This document shows positions 12,971 through 24,446 of a stretch of DNA of 64,000 bases, one piece after another (the stretch's first letter is position 1; every line of letters starts with the position of its first letter). The notes beneath the pieces were generated by a model. It was not told the origin of the DNA. It was given only the letters and a program-made list of their open reading frames with translations, and did not search any database. The position numbers were made by a program, and so were the translations under genes. This DNA comes from Octopus sinensis (taxonomy: Eukaryota), in assembly GCF_006345805.1 (NCBI RefSeq), contig NC_042998.1:77686001-77750000 (forward strand), read 5' to 3'.

Positions 12971-13254
12971 TATACGTAAATGGTGAACGATGAAATGTGT
13001 GCTCAACATCCCATTGGTGGATATGTAATATCTTTATCTCTGAATTAAACCTGCTTTTGGTTTAATGTTAGGAAAAGTAGGAAAATATTCTAGTGTCTTA
13101 ACAATTTTTCGAGCCGATCACATGAAGAAAGGAGAATTTGGAAATTTATTCAACAGCTACAAGGGAATACCATTGCATATTGACTCAAATCCTTCTCCTG
13201 CCGTCAAAATACAGGACCAGATGGGATTCAAGGGCCCACAGTTCTTCAACATCC

Positions 13255-13480
13255 TCCCGCGTGGCATCTTGGGCAAGTGTTTTCTACTATAGGCCCGGGC
13301 TGACCAAAGCCTTGTGAGTGGATCGGGTCGAAACTGAAAGAAGCCCGTAGTCTATATGTATATATATATATACACACCACACGCACATACGCACACACAC
13401 ATATGGGGTCGATTTGCTCGACTACAGGCAGTGCTCCAGCATGGCCGCAGTCAAATGACTGAAACAAGTAAAAGAGTAAA
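13255..13480 (+). mobile_element. 5'-truncated SINE of the 889-1288 family, preceded by a short CR1/L2-like LINE remnant (GFKGPQFFNIL, about 13222-13256)
   Basis: gcgtggcatcttgggcaagtg...aagcccgt, then a microsatellite, then ggggtcgatttgctcgact...aaagagta. Confidence 0.75.
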
Positions 13481-13851
13481 ATAGTATATATAGTGCGCAT
13501 TCATTTCTATGATAGTCTGTGCTTCAATGTGACTGTGTGTTTGACTTTTAGCATGTTCACATCTACTTCTTGTATGTCTGGAAATAACAGCACATAGCAA
13601 AATTAAGAGTAGAGTGAGAACAAAACAGCAAAAACAGCAAAAAGAACGAATAAAACAGAAATAAATTTGTGCATGGGTTGCAATAATTCTTCCAATAACT
13701 CAGTTTCAATTAACCTATAATTCAACAGTTAAGAGCCGCGTATGGTGCTTCCATCGCGCCACCTTCCTGTGAAGTCCTGAATATTATATACACATATACA
13801 TATTCATGCAAACACACACACACACACATACACACCACATGCACACACACG

Positions 13852-13900
<49 letters not shown>

Positions 13901-14259
13901 TGTATATATATATATATAGAGAGAGAGAGAAAGTTGTATATACATGCATATATACATATAAATATAAATAAATATTATTAAAAATGTATATATATAAATA
14001 TGTTTACATACAAATACAAACATATATATATATATGTATATATATGTTTATGCATGTATACATATACATATATATCTAATTATGCATATGTATATATATG
14101 CTATATATATATATATATTATATATATACGCACATACGTATTGGCATTTTCCTACAGTGCAATAAATGTCTTAATTTTCCTGAGAAATAGGCTATAGCTG
14201 TATAAATACTCATGTTTAGTATACATATATATATAGATACATATATATGTATATATATA

Positions 14260-14290
<31 letters not shown>

Positions 14291-15199
14291 GATATAGATA
14301 TGTATATATATATTGTATATATATATATGTAATATATATATATGTATATATATATATATGTATATATACATATATATTATATATTATATATATATATATA
14401 TGCGTGTGTATGTATGTTTATATATATGTATATTGTTTGTATATATATATGTATATGTGTATATACATACATATATATATTATAAGTATATATATATTAT
14501 CTACAATATACTACACGCGCTCACACTCACACACTACCATATACATGTGTGTGTGTGTATGTTTGTGTGTGTGTGTGTGTGTGTGTGTTTGCGTGTGTGT
14601 GTTTGTAGAAGCGACGTTTTTGCTACTTATATTTTCGTTTTTGTGATTTAGTTTTCTACACGTTTAATTTGCATTTTCATCATAGCAGATATTTGCGATA
14701 TAAATCAAAATGCTAACTAGAAACAGACAAAGAGGATATTAAGCGGAAGTCGGATGTACCCTAATGCTTTGAAATGGGAAGCATAAATCTTCATAAACTG
14801 AAACAACAAAACAATAAAAATAAACACCAGAAAAAAGTCTCGTAAATAAGATCAGATTTAATGTCCTAAATAAATAAAATACTGAATAATATATTTTCAG
14901 TTCCAGAAAATAATTCATTAGCAACTTCACTTTATAGTATATATTATTTGTTTCTTTAATATTAGAGTAATGCATTAATGTACAATGATTATGTCTCATA
15001 GATTCATCAACATAGAGGGAAAAATGATTAGGAAATGGACAAACATATTTGGTTTTGAGGAAATATTCCTGCATGGTCTACATAACAGGTACAGATCTTT
15101 TCAAATTTTAATAGACTAGTATAGGTACAGACACAAATAAACACACACACACACAACTTAATGGAGGAATCCCACCTCTATCAGATCAAGACTAATCTC

Positions 15200-15830
15200 A
15201 CTCTCCTATGAAAAACAAAGGGATGTCAAACCGCGGAGGTGGAATATATAAAACTGAATACTAAAGCGTCCTCCAAGTTCATGAAAGTATCTGCACTACA
15301 AGAAAGGGCGAATATTTTAAAGAGGAGGCTCACTATCTGCAGACTCCAGGAGAATAACTTAAGTGCTAAATACACAATTTGAAAGTGCCTTCACTTCCCA
15401 ATGAGAATATAATTAACCTGATGAGATTTCACCACTGCAGATATATATATATATATATATATCTATATCTATATATATATATATATATATATAGATATAT
15501 ATAATGGAAATGTGGCAACCATCGATTATATCGACGTAATAGAGAAAGATGTAATATCGGCCATTGATGAGATGAACCCGAACTCAGATACGGACTGTGA
15601 CGGGTTTCTAGGGTTTCTTCTATAGACGTGCAAGAATGCTCTCGCAATACCACTGCATGTACTTTTTCAGGTTTTCTTTGCATGCGGTAAACTCCCCAAA
15701 ATGTTAAAAGAGGGTATAATATACAGGTCTATATTTCTGGCCTCACATGTTAGCAAATTCAAGGGACACATTGTGAGAAAGAGGCTGATCGCGTTCCTAG
15801 AAGAAAACAACTTGCTCACAAACACTAAGC
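15200..15830 (+). mobile_element. Decayed CR1/L2-like LINE, N-terminal reverse-transcriptase region
   Basis: Translates to IDVIEKDVISAIDEMNPNSDTDCDGF..CKNALAIPLHVLFQ..GKLPKMLKEGII..YRSIFLASHVSK..IVRKRLIAFLEENNLL, with stops and indels. Confidence 0.7.
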
Positions 15831-16760
15831 TGTGGGCCATGGAAACCCAAGATGCTGCAGCACGTGCTTCTCACTCTAGACGGATGAATAGGACATTTGG
15901 AACAGTGCAGTAACGTCCAGTTCAGGGGCTGGTATGTTTCTCGATACCAAAGTTTGGTGCCAACTGCTCTAGAATCTCACATATATGTATAACTGCATAT
16001 CTCTCGTGTCTTCGCTCCAAGAAGTAGAGTCGTAACTCTTTCAGATCTCCCAGTAGCTAAGCTGTTTCAATGATACAACACTCCTGTTCTAACACTGATG
16101 AACCGCCTCAAGTTCTGCTATCAATTTGACACTGTGGTGTGATCAGTGCAATAGTCCAGTCCAGACGGCTGGAACCTGCATGGTCTCCTGATCCCTCGTT
16201 CTGAAAGTTCTTAGAATCTATCCGGCCATTCGCTTGCTCATTACCACCATCTTGCTGGTATGCATTAGAAACAGGGCGATGTTGCTCATATCAATCTCCA
16301 GTTTATGCACTCTTTATTGTTCCAAATGTACTCTGAAATTGTTCCAAAGTATCGTTGATGTGGCATGGTAGTGCAGGCTGATTGAAAGGGGAGGGCTTGT
16401 AATTTTCCTGTATTAAATTACGCGTTGTTTTCTGCAGTCTATTTATATGACATCTAGGACTTTCTGTAGAAGATTAGCATCGAAAGTTTCCTTGACAGCT
16501 TGAGCTACTTTTCTATCGTCGGCATAACTAGTAAGTGTGACTTTCTGTATAAATGAAGGCATGTCCGAGAGAACCACAATAAAGAGTAGCGTCTCCAAAG
16601 GTTTTCCATCAGGCAATCCACACTCTATTAATGTTTCCGTAGTGATATTCTCGTCGGCTGCGACAGTTCAGCTTCTTTCATTTAAGATGTTATGTATGCA
16701 CTCTCCCAGTTTTCCGATGAAGCTAACTATCACTAGCTTCTGACATTTCATCCCGGGATC
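15830..16760 (-). mobile_element. Decayed CR1/L2-like LINE, RT core to C-terminus, inverted relative to 15200-15830
   Basis: Minus strand KLGECIHNILNERS..CGLPDGKPLETLLFIVVLSDMP..LTSYADDRKV (YADD), then LERRHERYAVIHI..GFHGPQL across frameshifts. Confidence 0.75.
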
Positions 16761-16818
16761 AACCTTATGAAAATCCATTACAAAATCGAGATAGATCACT
16801 TTTATATTTCAGCGATCT

Positions 16819-16953
<135 letters not shown>

Positions 16954-16993
16954 AATACACACACACACACACACCATATGTATATATATACAT

Positions 16994-17404
16994 ATATAAT
17001 AAAAGGCTTCCAAATAAGGAAGCGTAGTGCTAGAAACACAAAAAGGGATAAATTCATGAAAGGAATGAAAATTAAGAACATTTACCATCTCAGCTATATC
17101 CCAGACCGAACGGTTTCTACCTCTTTTTTAGCAAACACACAGAATATATTTGCCAGGCCAGGTTCTTCAGTGGGAAGCCTTCGTAATCCTAGACGCAAGA
17201 CCGTTAGAAGTACATGTAGATCTAACGGTTTGTATTTCTTAACTTTTCAAACCTCTGCGCAGACGCAAACCATACCCGGCGAACAGGGAGGATGCCGGTA
17301 AAAGATTTACGAACAAATGTTTTTAATTTTCATTCCTTTCATGAATTTATCCCTTTTTGTGTTTCTAGCACTACGCTTCCTTATTTGGAAGCCTTTTATT
17401 ATAT
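16994..17404. repeat. Inverted repeat with 90-bp arms and a 231-bp spacer
   Basis: 16994-17083 is the reverse complement of 17315-17404, with one mismatch seen. Confidence 0.9.
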
Positions 17405-17701
17405 TTCTATACGAAAAATATATAGTCTAACGACTAACTCGTCTTTTGTGCTAGGCCACTGGTAATAATAATTTATTTTATTACCCTATTTGATTGTTTT
17501 ATATATGTATTTATATATATAAATATATGTGTATGCGTGTATATATGTAAGTATGTGTGTGTGTGTGTGTGTGTGTGGGTGTGTGTGTGTGCTGTTCGTG
17601 AGTGGAATTAACAGATTCATTCGGCTCACTACAACTTAAACTTTCGTAGGATCGTCGAACGATCGTATCTTGTCAGGCTCGTAGAAACTGAAATATATAT
17701 T

Positions 17702-17733
<32 letters not shown>

Positions 17734-17750
17734 CATAAACATATATATAC

Positions 17751-17814
<64 letters not shown>

Positions 17815-17867
17815 ATATATATATATGTTTATATATATGTATGTATATGTATACACACACACACACG

Positions 17868-19402
17868 CAGAGTGTGCGGTGAATAAATTGTCGTCTAAAT
17901 TACACCAAAATGAAATTAACACTGACATCTCAATTGATTGATTGATTTTAGTTTCAGCTTATGAGCTGTGGCCATGCTGGGGCACCGCCATTTGGTGTTG
18001 CTACTTGGTTTCACTTCATGGAGGCTTTCTAGCAACTGCTATTTGGTGCATGAGAGAGTTCGATGCAGCTGCCCTCATCTGCCCCTCCTGCCGTGAAGTT
18101 GGTTCATCTGGGACACCTGACAGGAAGAGATACAGCTCCATTTTAAAGACATCTGTATCCACCCCATGCAGGTCTCTCAGGTTCTTCGGGAGGATATGAA
18201 GAGCTGTGGGCCTCGGAAGCCAGGCTATCACAGAATCTTGTCCTACAATGATGGCAAGTTCGGAGTCCTAGGCACCACGCAGTGGCGCCCAGTTCTGGCA
18301 TTTGCGTAACTCTCGATGCCAAAGTTCAGGGCACTTCCCTCCAGGATCTTCCAGATGTATATTATGGCATATCTTTCCCGCATACGCTCCAGGGAATATA
18401 ATTTTAATTTCCTGAGTCTTTCCCAGTAATTAAAAAGGTATACTTACCAAATTTACATTAAAACATTTTGAAATATGAAAGAGTAAATTTATCCAGTTAA
18501 AATCATCATTGGAAATCTGTTGCCAGACATAGAGTCTCCCAGTAGCCACCCTCTTGACCCAGGGCAGCGCTATATCTATCAGGTACTTGATTTAGACGTG
18601 CATATTGCGTCTAAGGTCGTGTGGGATGATGAATGGAGGCATAACGTCGCCGTTACTAGTGATCACTCCAAACCCCATGATGTTTACTGGATATATGATA
18701 TTTATCATTCTGGGTACATGTTTCGGGGATACGGCAAGCCAACAGTTGTTCTGTGTGTTCAGCATCTGATCCTGAAATTGCTCTCGTCTGAGAAAAAAAC
18801 AGAGCAATTTCGGTTGGAGAGGATGGTTGAGATTGTTCAAAAGTTTTGTAGCGCGGTCATATCTTTTGTCTATGATGGCTTGGGATAAACGTTGGCCCCT
18901 TCTCATCTTGTATGAAGAATTCCGAATGTCTTCATTTACTACCTGGCTAATAAGAAACTCAGACACTCCTAATCCAATGGCAATGGACTGATTGACTTGA
19001 AGGGATAGTTGTCAATTATGACTTTGATCTCACCAACAAATTCAGGAGTTGTTTTCTAATCAGAACGATCAGAATGAGTTTTCTGAGCTGCTGTACTTTC
19101 GCAATCACCATTAGATTCATCCAACTCTTTCTGAATCCTCTGCACTCTCCTCAGATTGAGCCTGAAACACTGTGAAATGATCGTATTGGATCTTCCGGCG
19201 CGAATGCCAGGCAGCTCACCGTGTCGTCTCCAACTTTCTGGTAAAGTGAATTGCGTCTGGCAAAGTGAATTGCCGTTCTTCTCACATACGGTGCCCAACT
19301 TGCCCTACTATAACTGTGTAGTCGACAAAATCAATAACGAACAATGCACATGAGTCGAATTGAAAATATAAAATGGCGACAATTTACCCATCGCACACTC
19401 TG
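17868..19402 (-). mobile_element. Decayed Tc1/mariner-superfamily transposon with both TIRs, interrupted by a LINE fragment
   Basis: TIR cagagtgtgcggtgaataaattgtcg at 17868 and revcomp cagagtgtgcgatgggtaaattgtcg at 19402. Minus ORF 18592-18966 reads QDQMLNTQNNCWLAVSP..NIMGFGVITSNGDVMPPFIIP. Confidence 0.75.
17932..18430 (-). mobile_element. CR1/L2-like LINE 3' fragment with (AATC)n tail
   Basis: Minus strand SLERMRERYAIIYIWKILE..LPKNLRDLHGVDTDVFKMELYLFLSGVPDEPT..RAAASNSL, then ggcggtgccccagcatggccacagctc and aatcaatcaatc. Confidence 0.8.
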
Positions 19403-19444
19403 TCCGTATATATAATATACATATTATATATATATATATATATA

Positions 19445-19503
<59 letters not shown>

Positions 19504-19746
19504 TACATATATAATCAAAATAAGCAACAAGGATATCCAAAGTTAGTGTAGTACAATCGTTTCATGCTACTTCATTTAATTAAATTTTTGATTATAATCA
19601 CCCCATTTGAGTATATATATCTATATCTATATCTATATCTATATCTATATCTATAACTATATCTATATATCAAAATGTGACATCGTGTGTACCGTTGGCG
19701 ATTTTTTTCCTCTGTCTCCCCTTCTCTGGATCTTTCCTTCTCCTAT

Positions 19747-19781
19747 GTTTCCGACGAAGTGCTCCGCTCGAAACGTTAAAC
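19747..19781 (+). ncRNA. Minimal hammerhead-like motif in a Penelope-like short repeat
   Basis: gttt-ccgacga-a-gtgc tcc gctc-gaaa-cgtt-aaac. 4-bp stem I, ACGT palindrome, GUU triplet, U4 replaced by C. Confidence 0.5.
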
Positions 19782-19873
19782 CCTCCTTCTTTCTTCCTTC
19801 CTGAGCGTCCAATAATATTATATTTGTTCCACGTTCTCGCGTTGTTGTTTTTTGTGTGCTTTCTTGTTTGGAT

Positions 19874-19926
<53 letters not shown>

Positions 19927-20059
19927 GCAGGAGTTGTTGTGTGGTAAGTAGCTTGCTTACCAACACATAATTCCGGGTTCAGTCCACTGCGTGGCATCTT
20001 GGGCAAGTGTAAAAAAGTAAAAGAATACACACACCACATATATATATATATACATATAT

Positions 20060-20153
<94 letters not shown>

Positions 20154-20455
20154 TATAATGTATATATGTATATACATATATTGATATATTTTTAGGCGCT
20201 GTTCAAATGTAAATGTTTTTTCGTGGTTGAATCTAAGAACAGTTAATCGATTCTCATTTTCTAGTATAATCTTTATTTGTTATTTTATGTACAGTGCACT
20301 CATATATACACATTACATAAACAGACAGATACACGCAATCACATAAATACATGCACATAACACACAAACCCATATACGCATGCATGCATAAGCTCACACA
20401 AAAAGAAAACCACTTATATATTATCTTTCTCGCTCTGTATATATATATATCTATA

Positions 20456-20508
<53 letters not shown>

Positions 20509-20577
20509 GGTCCCGGGTGATTCGGGGTTAACACAGTAAATAAGGTACTCAATACATAGCAGATTAAAATTAATTTA

Positions 20578-20968
20578 TTATATAGAAGGAGCTTCTACAG
20601 GACTAGAACTGTTCATTCAAGAGAAATCATCAGGAAGCTAGTTAACAAGAATTGTATTGGCATTTATACATTTAGGCAGGTTAAAGGGGTGGTTGGTGGG
20701 GACTTTTTGGGGGTAGGCATAGCGCAAAAATATCATACTTGGGGGAGTGGTCAAGGAGTCAGTGGTAAAATAGATAAAAGAATAAATAAAAGAATAAATA
20801 AAATAAAAAAATATATAGAAAAATATATAGAAGAATAGAGTTTTAGGTAAATAAGGAGATTCTCACTTATACATATACACATATGTATATATATACACAC
20901 ACACGCACACATATACATACACACATACATACACACACACACATATATATATACATATATGTATATAT

Positions 20969-21015
<47 letters not shown>

Positions 21016-21333
21016 CGTATATATTATATATATATATTATATAATATATATATGTATATATGTGGTATATATATATAATATATATATATATGTATATATG
21101 TGTATATATACATATATGTATATATATTATATGTGTGTGTGTGTGTATGTATGTGTGTATGTATATGTGTGCGTGTGTGTGTATATATATACATATGTGT
21201 ATATGTATAAGTGAGAATCTCCTTATTTACCTAAAACTCTCTTCTTCTATATATTTTTCTATTATTTTTTATTTTATTTATGATTTCTCTGAATGAAAAC
21301 AGTTCTAGTCCTGTAGAAGCTCTCTATATATAA
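20578..21333. repeat. Composite inverted repeat around a (TA)n spacer
   Basis: About 20790-20946 matches revcomp of about 21128-21280, including microsatellite detail. Outer 20578-20630 matches revcomp of 21279-21333. Confidence 0.85.
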
Positions 21334-21336
21334 TAA

Positions 21337-21426
<90 letters not shown>

Positions 21427-21445
21427 TATATATATGTATATATAC

Positions 21446-22280
21446 ATTTGCCATGATGATTCGGTTTCTGACTGAAACAAAACATATGTGTGTAATAAAA
21501 CAAACTGGGACAAGAACGTAAAACATTTAGAAGACGATACAAAAAACACGGACGGGACATTCGAAGCCTTCAATCTTCAGTCAAGAACCGGATCATCCTC
21601 GCAATTTCGGCTGATATATATCTCCCTTATGTTTGTCACATTTTTACCCTTGCACGGCTTCTAAATACTTTCTCTTCCCTGTCCGCCATTGCTTCTTTAC
21701 CAAGCTATTTTGGCGCCCTCCGTTTCTTCCCCCTCTTCCTCTCATCCTCTTTAATTCCTTCTTTCTCTCTCTCTCTCTTGGTCATTGCTTCCGTCCTCTG
21801 CCTTCCACCCTCTTTAATTCCCTCTCTCTCTGTCTCTCTTTCTCTATCTCTTACCCTCTTGCAACTTGCTGCTTCACAAGCCATTCCGTTGGCGATCGCG
21901 GCTCGCTCAACATGTGTCTCCTCTACCGAAAAGGTAATTGTTTCCACGCATGCTGATAAGTTGTTTTTGTCTCATTTTGTCTAAAAGTCGTAAGACACCC
22001 GTTGTTATCCTGTTTTTAACTATTACTGTTTTCAATTTTGTTTTCGTTTCTTGTATTTATATTCGTCTCTGTTGCGTTTACATTCTTTCCTTCTACCAAG
22101 AAATCTAAGGCCCACAGCTTAGTTTTTTCCTTGGGGCTGGCCGAGTTGGAGCAAATATCAGAATTAAACAGCTGAAATTTGCCATGATGATTCGGTTTCT
22201 GACTGAAGATTGAAGGCTTCGAATGACTTGTCCGTTTACCGTGTTCGTCCCTTCGTGTATTTCACGTTCTTTATATATAA
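21446..22280. mobile_element. Penelope-like non-autonomous element with an inverted partial terminal copy
   Basis: Identical 31-bp direct repeat at 21446-21476 and 22177-22207. About 21545-21617 is an inverted relative of about 22165-22240. The body resembles 63000-63350. The Penelope assignment is inferred from architecture only. Confidence 0.5.
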
Positions 22281-22288
22281 ATTTTTAT

Positions 22289-22335
<47 letters not shown>

Positions 22336-23033
22336 CAAGCAAATATGAGAATATATCAAAATGTCATCGCTAGTGGCAACGAATACCAGCAGTACACGCA
22401 AATTTGATAAAAGATATATATATGTGTGCGTGTGTGTGTGTGTGTGTGTGTTTGTGTGAGTGTGTGTGTGTGTGTAAATAATTGATACACAAGAATACTA
22501 CATGAGCACCTGCATCGCTATAAATAAAAGTCAAGAATGCTTGTGTGACTCGGAATAACCACAAAATTAATACAAAAATGATATGTTAGCAAAAAAAAGG
22601 CAAGAAAGAAAATGTTAAAATAATTTTATAAAAAACTTTTCAGAACAGGTTTCAGTCATTGAGATTTCTTCAAATGAAGACAATTAAATTTTGGAAATAT
22701 TAAAAGGATAGTTTCTTTTTTAAAGAATATTTGCACAGTATTCAAATACAAGTGGCATTTTCCTTGTTTCTGCCTGTCTCTGTCTCTCTTGTTTACTCTT
22801 TTGGGTTCGAGGTTGTTGTGAATTCTTGGTAGGGAAGAAGAAAAAGAAGGAGGAGGAGAAAAAGAAGAAGAAGAAGAAGACGAAGAAGAAGGAGAGGAAG
22901 AATGTGGGAGTGCTATGACAGTAGTATGTTGAATATTCAGCTGCCCCGAAAATGACCCGTTGTCAATGGTAGTACTGATTTAATTCCTGAAACATCTCTT
23001 TTCAATGTTTTGTTTATAAAATTTGCATAGGTG

Positions 23034-23111
<78 letters not shown>

Positions 23112-23128
23112 ATATGATATATATATAG

Positions 23129-23159
<31 letters not shown>

Positions 23160-23170
23160 TATATATATAT

Positions 23171-23240
<70 letters not shown>

Positions 23241-23408
23241 ATACATATATATATTATATATATATATATGCATATATATATAACGGGAAGCTTTATGAAA
23301 ATAAACAAAAGACAAAGGCAGGTTTACGGAAATAAACAAAAGACGAAGGCAAGTGGAATGCAAACAAACAATCGTATTAGTATGGCGCTCAGGAATATAA
23401 ATAAAAGT

Positions 23409-23444
23409 CTTTTACGTTTCGAGCCTACGCTCTTCAACAGAGAA
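23409..23444 (-). ncRNA. Minimal hammerhead-like motif (CTGTNGA family, copy 2)
   Basis: Revcomp ttct-ctgttga-a-gagc gtag gctc-gaaa-cgta-aaag. Confidence 0.45.
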
Positions 23445-23488
23445 AGATACAAAGAAAAGAAACACAGAAAGAAGGAGAGAAAAAATGC

Positions 23489-23539
<51 letters not shown>

Positions 23540-23817
23540 CATTTTGGTAGAAATGACTAATTGTCCCTCTTAGCGTGTGGCATGTATGTATAATGCCCTC
23601 TATATATAAATTAATATGTTCAATAAGAAATAATTATTTTCGAAATTTATTCTCTTATGAGGTTTTCACGCTATCTACCTGACAATTTCTTGTTAAGTTT
23701 TCCTTATTAAGTAGTTGTCCTTAATTGCTATATATATGTATATATATATATATATATATATACGGAGATGTACTCGCATAGCAAGTAATTTGATCTGAGA
23801 TCGTGTGCTGAAACGAA

Positions 23818-24103
23818 AACAATTGCAGCGTGGAAGGTGTTTATAAGCCATTTAAGAAACACACAAAAGCCGTTCGATTCACTTCAACATTTAAGTTTAA
23901 TTTGTCAAAATATATTCGTCGCTAAAATCCGCGACCTGTTCACTGACAAAAATCCGTGCAGCACGGATTTTTGTCAGTGAACAGGTCGCGGTCTTAAAGC
24001 GACGAAAATATTTTGACAAAGTAAACTTAAATGTTGAAGTGAATCGAACGGCTTTTGTGTGTTTCTTAAATGGCTTATAAACACCTTCCACGCTGCAATT
24101 GTT
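23818..24103. repeat. Near-perfect 286-bp palindrome with a 1-nt centre at 23960
   Basis: Arms 23818-23959 and 23961-24103, centre ccgtgc-a-gcacgg. The few mismatches cluster near 23899-23929 and 23991-24021. Confidence 0.95.
23970..24020 (+). ncRNA. Minimal type-I hammerhead-like motif with G3:C8 core (GUGAACA)
   Basis: tttgtca-gtgaaca-g-gtcgc ggtcttaaa gcgac-gaaa-atatt-t-tgacaaa. Perfect 7-bp stem I, perfect 5-bp stem II, AATATT palindromic helix III. Confidence 0.6.
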
Positions 24104-24104
24104 G

Positions 24105-24137
<33 letters not shown>

Positions 24138-24184
24138 GTATATATATATGTATATATATATATATATGTATATATGTATATATG

Positions 24185-24239
<55 letters not shown>

Positions 24240-24446
24240 GTATATAAGTATATGTATGTATGTATGTATTATGTATGTATGTGTGTGTATGTATGTATCT
24301 AGTGAAGTTTATTTGCCAACATAATGTGGCAGTCCTATACAAGGACGATGATACTGTTATTTAGCCCCAGGAAAACGTATTCCAGTTGGGTACTGGCACA
24401 CAGTTTGTGCCAGTATGGTATATGCAAGGGAGGCCTTCGCTCCCAT

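Noticed and set aside
14739-14790. Strong minus-strand acceptor followed by YEDLCFPFQSIR
   Set aside because: Only a weak donor (gtacat) is available, and the phase is incompatible with the 12386 candidate.
17140-17175. CTGAAGA motif on the minus strand inside the 17 kb inverted repeat
   Set aside because: G12 is absent (caaa), stem II has only 2 bp and stem I does not pair.
20600-20640. CTGATGA on the minus strand in the 20.6/21.3 kb repeat
   Set aside because: Neither stem I nor stem II could be paired in register.
22200-22240. CTGAAGA...CGAA motif in the 21.5/22.2/62.6 kb family
   Set aside because: It lacks GAAA and a pairing stem I in all three copies, so it is not called a ribozyme.
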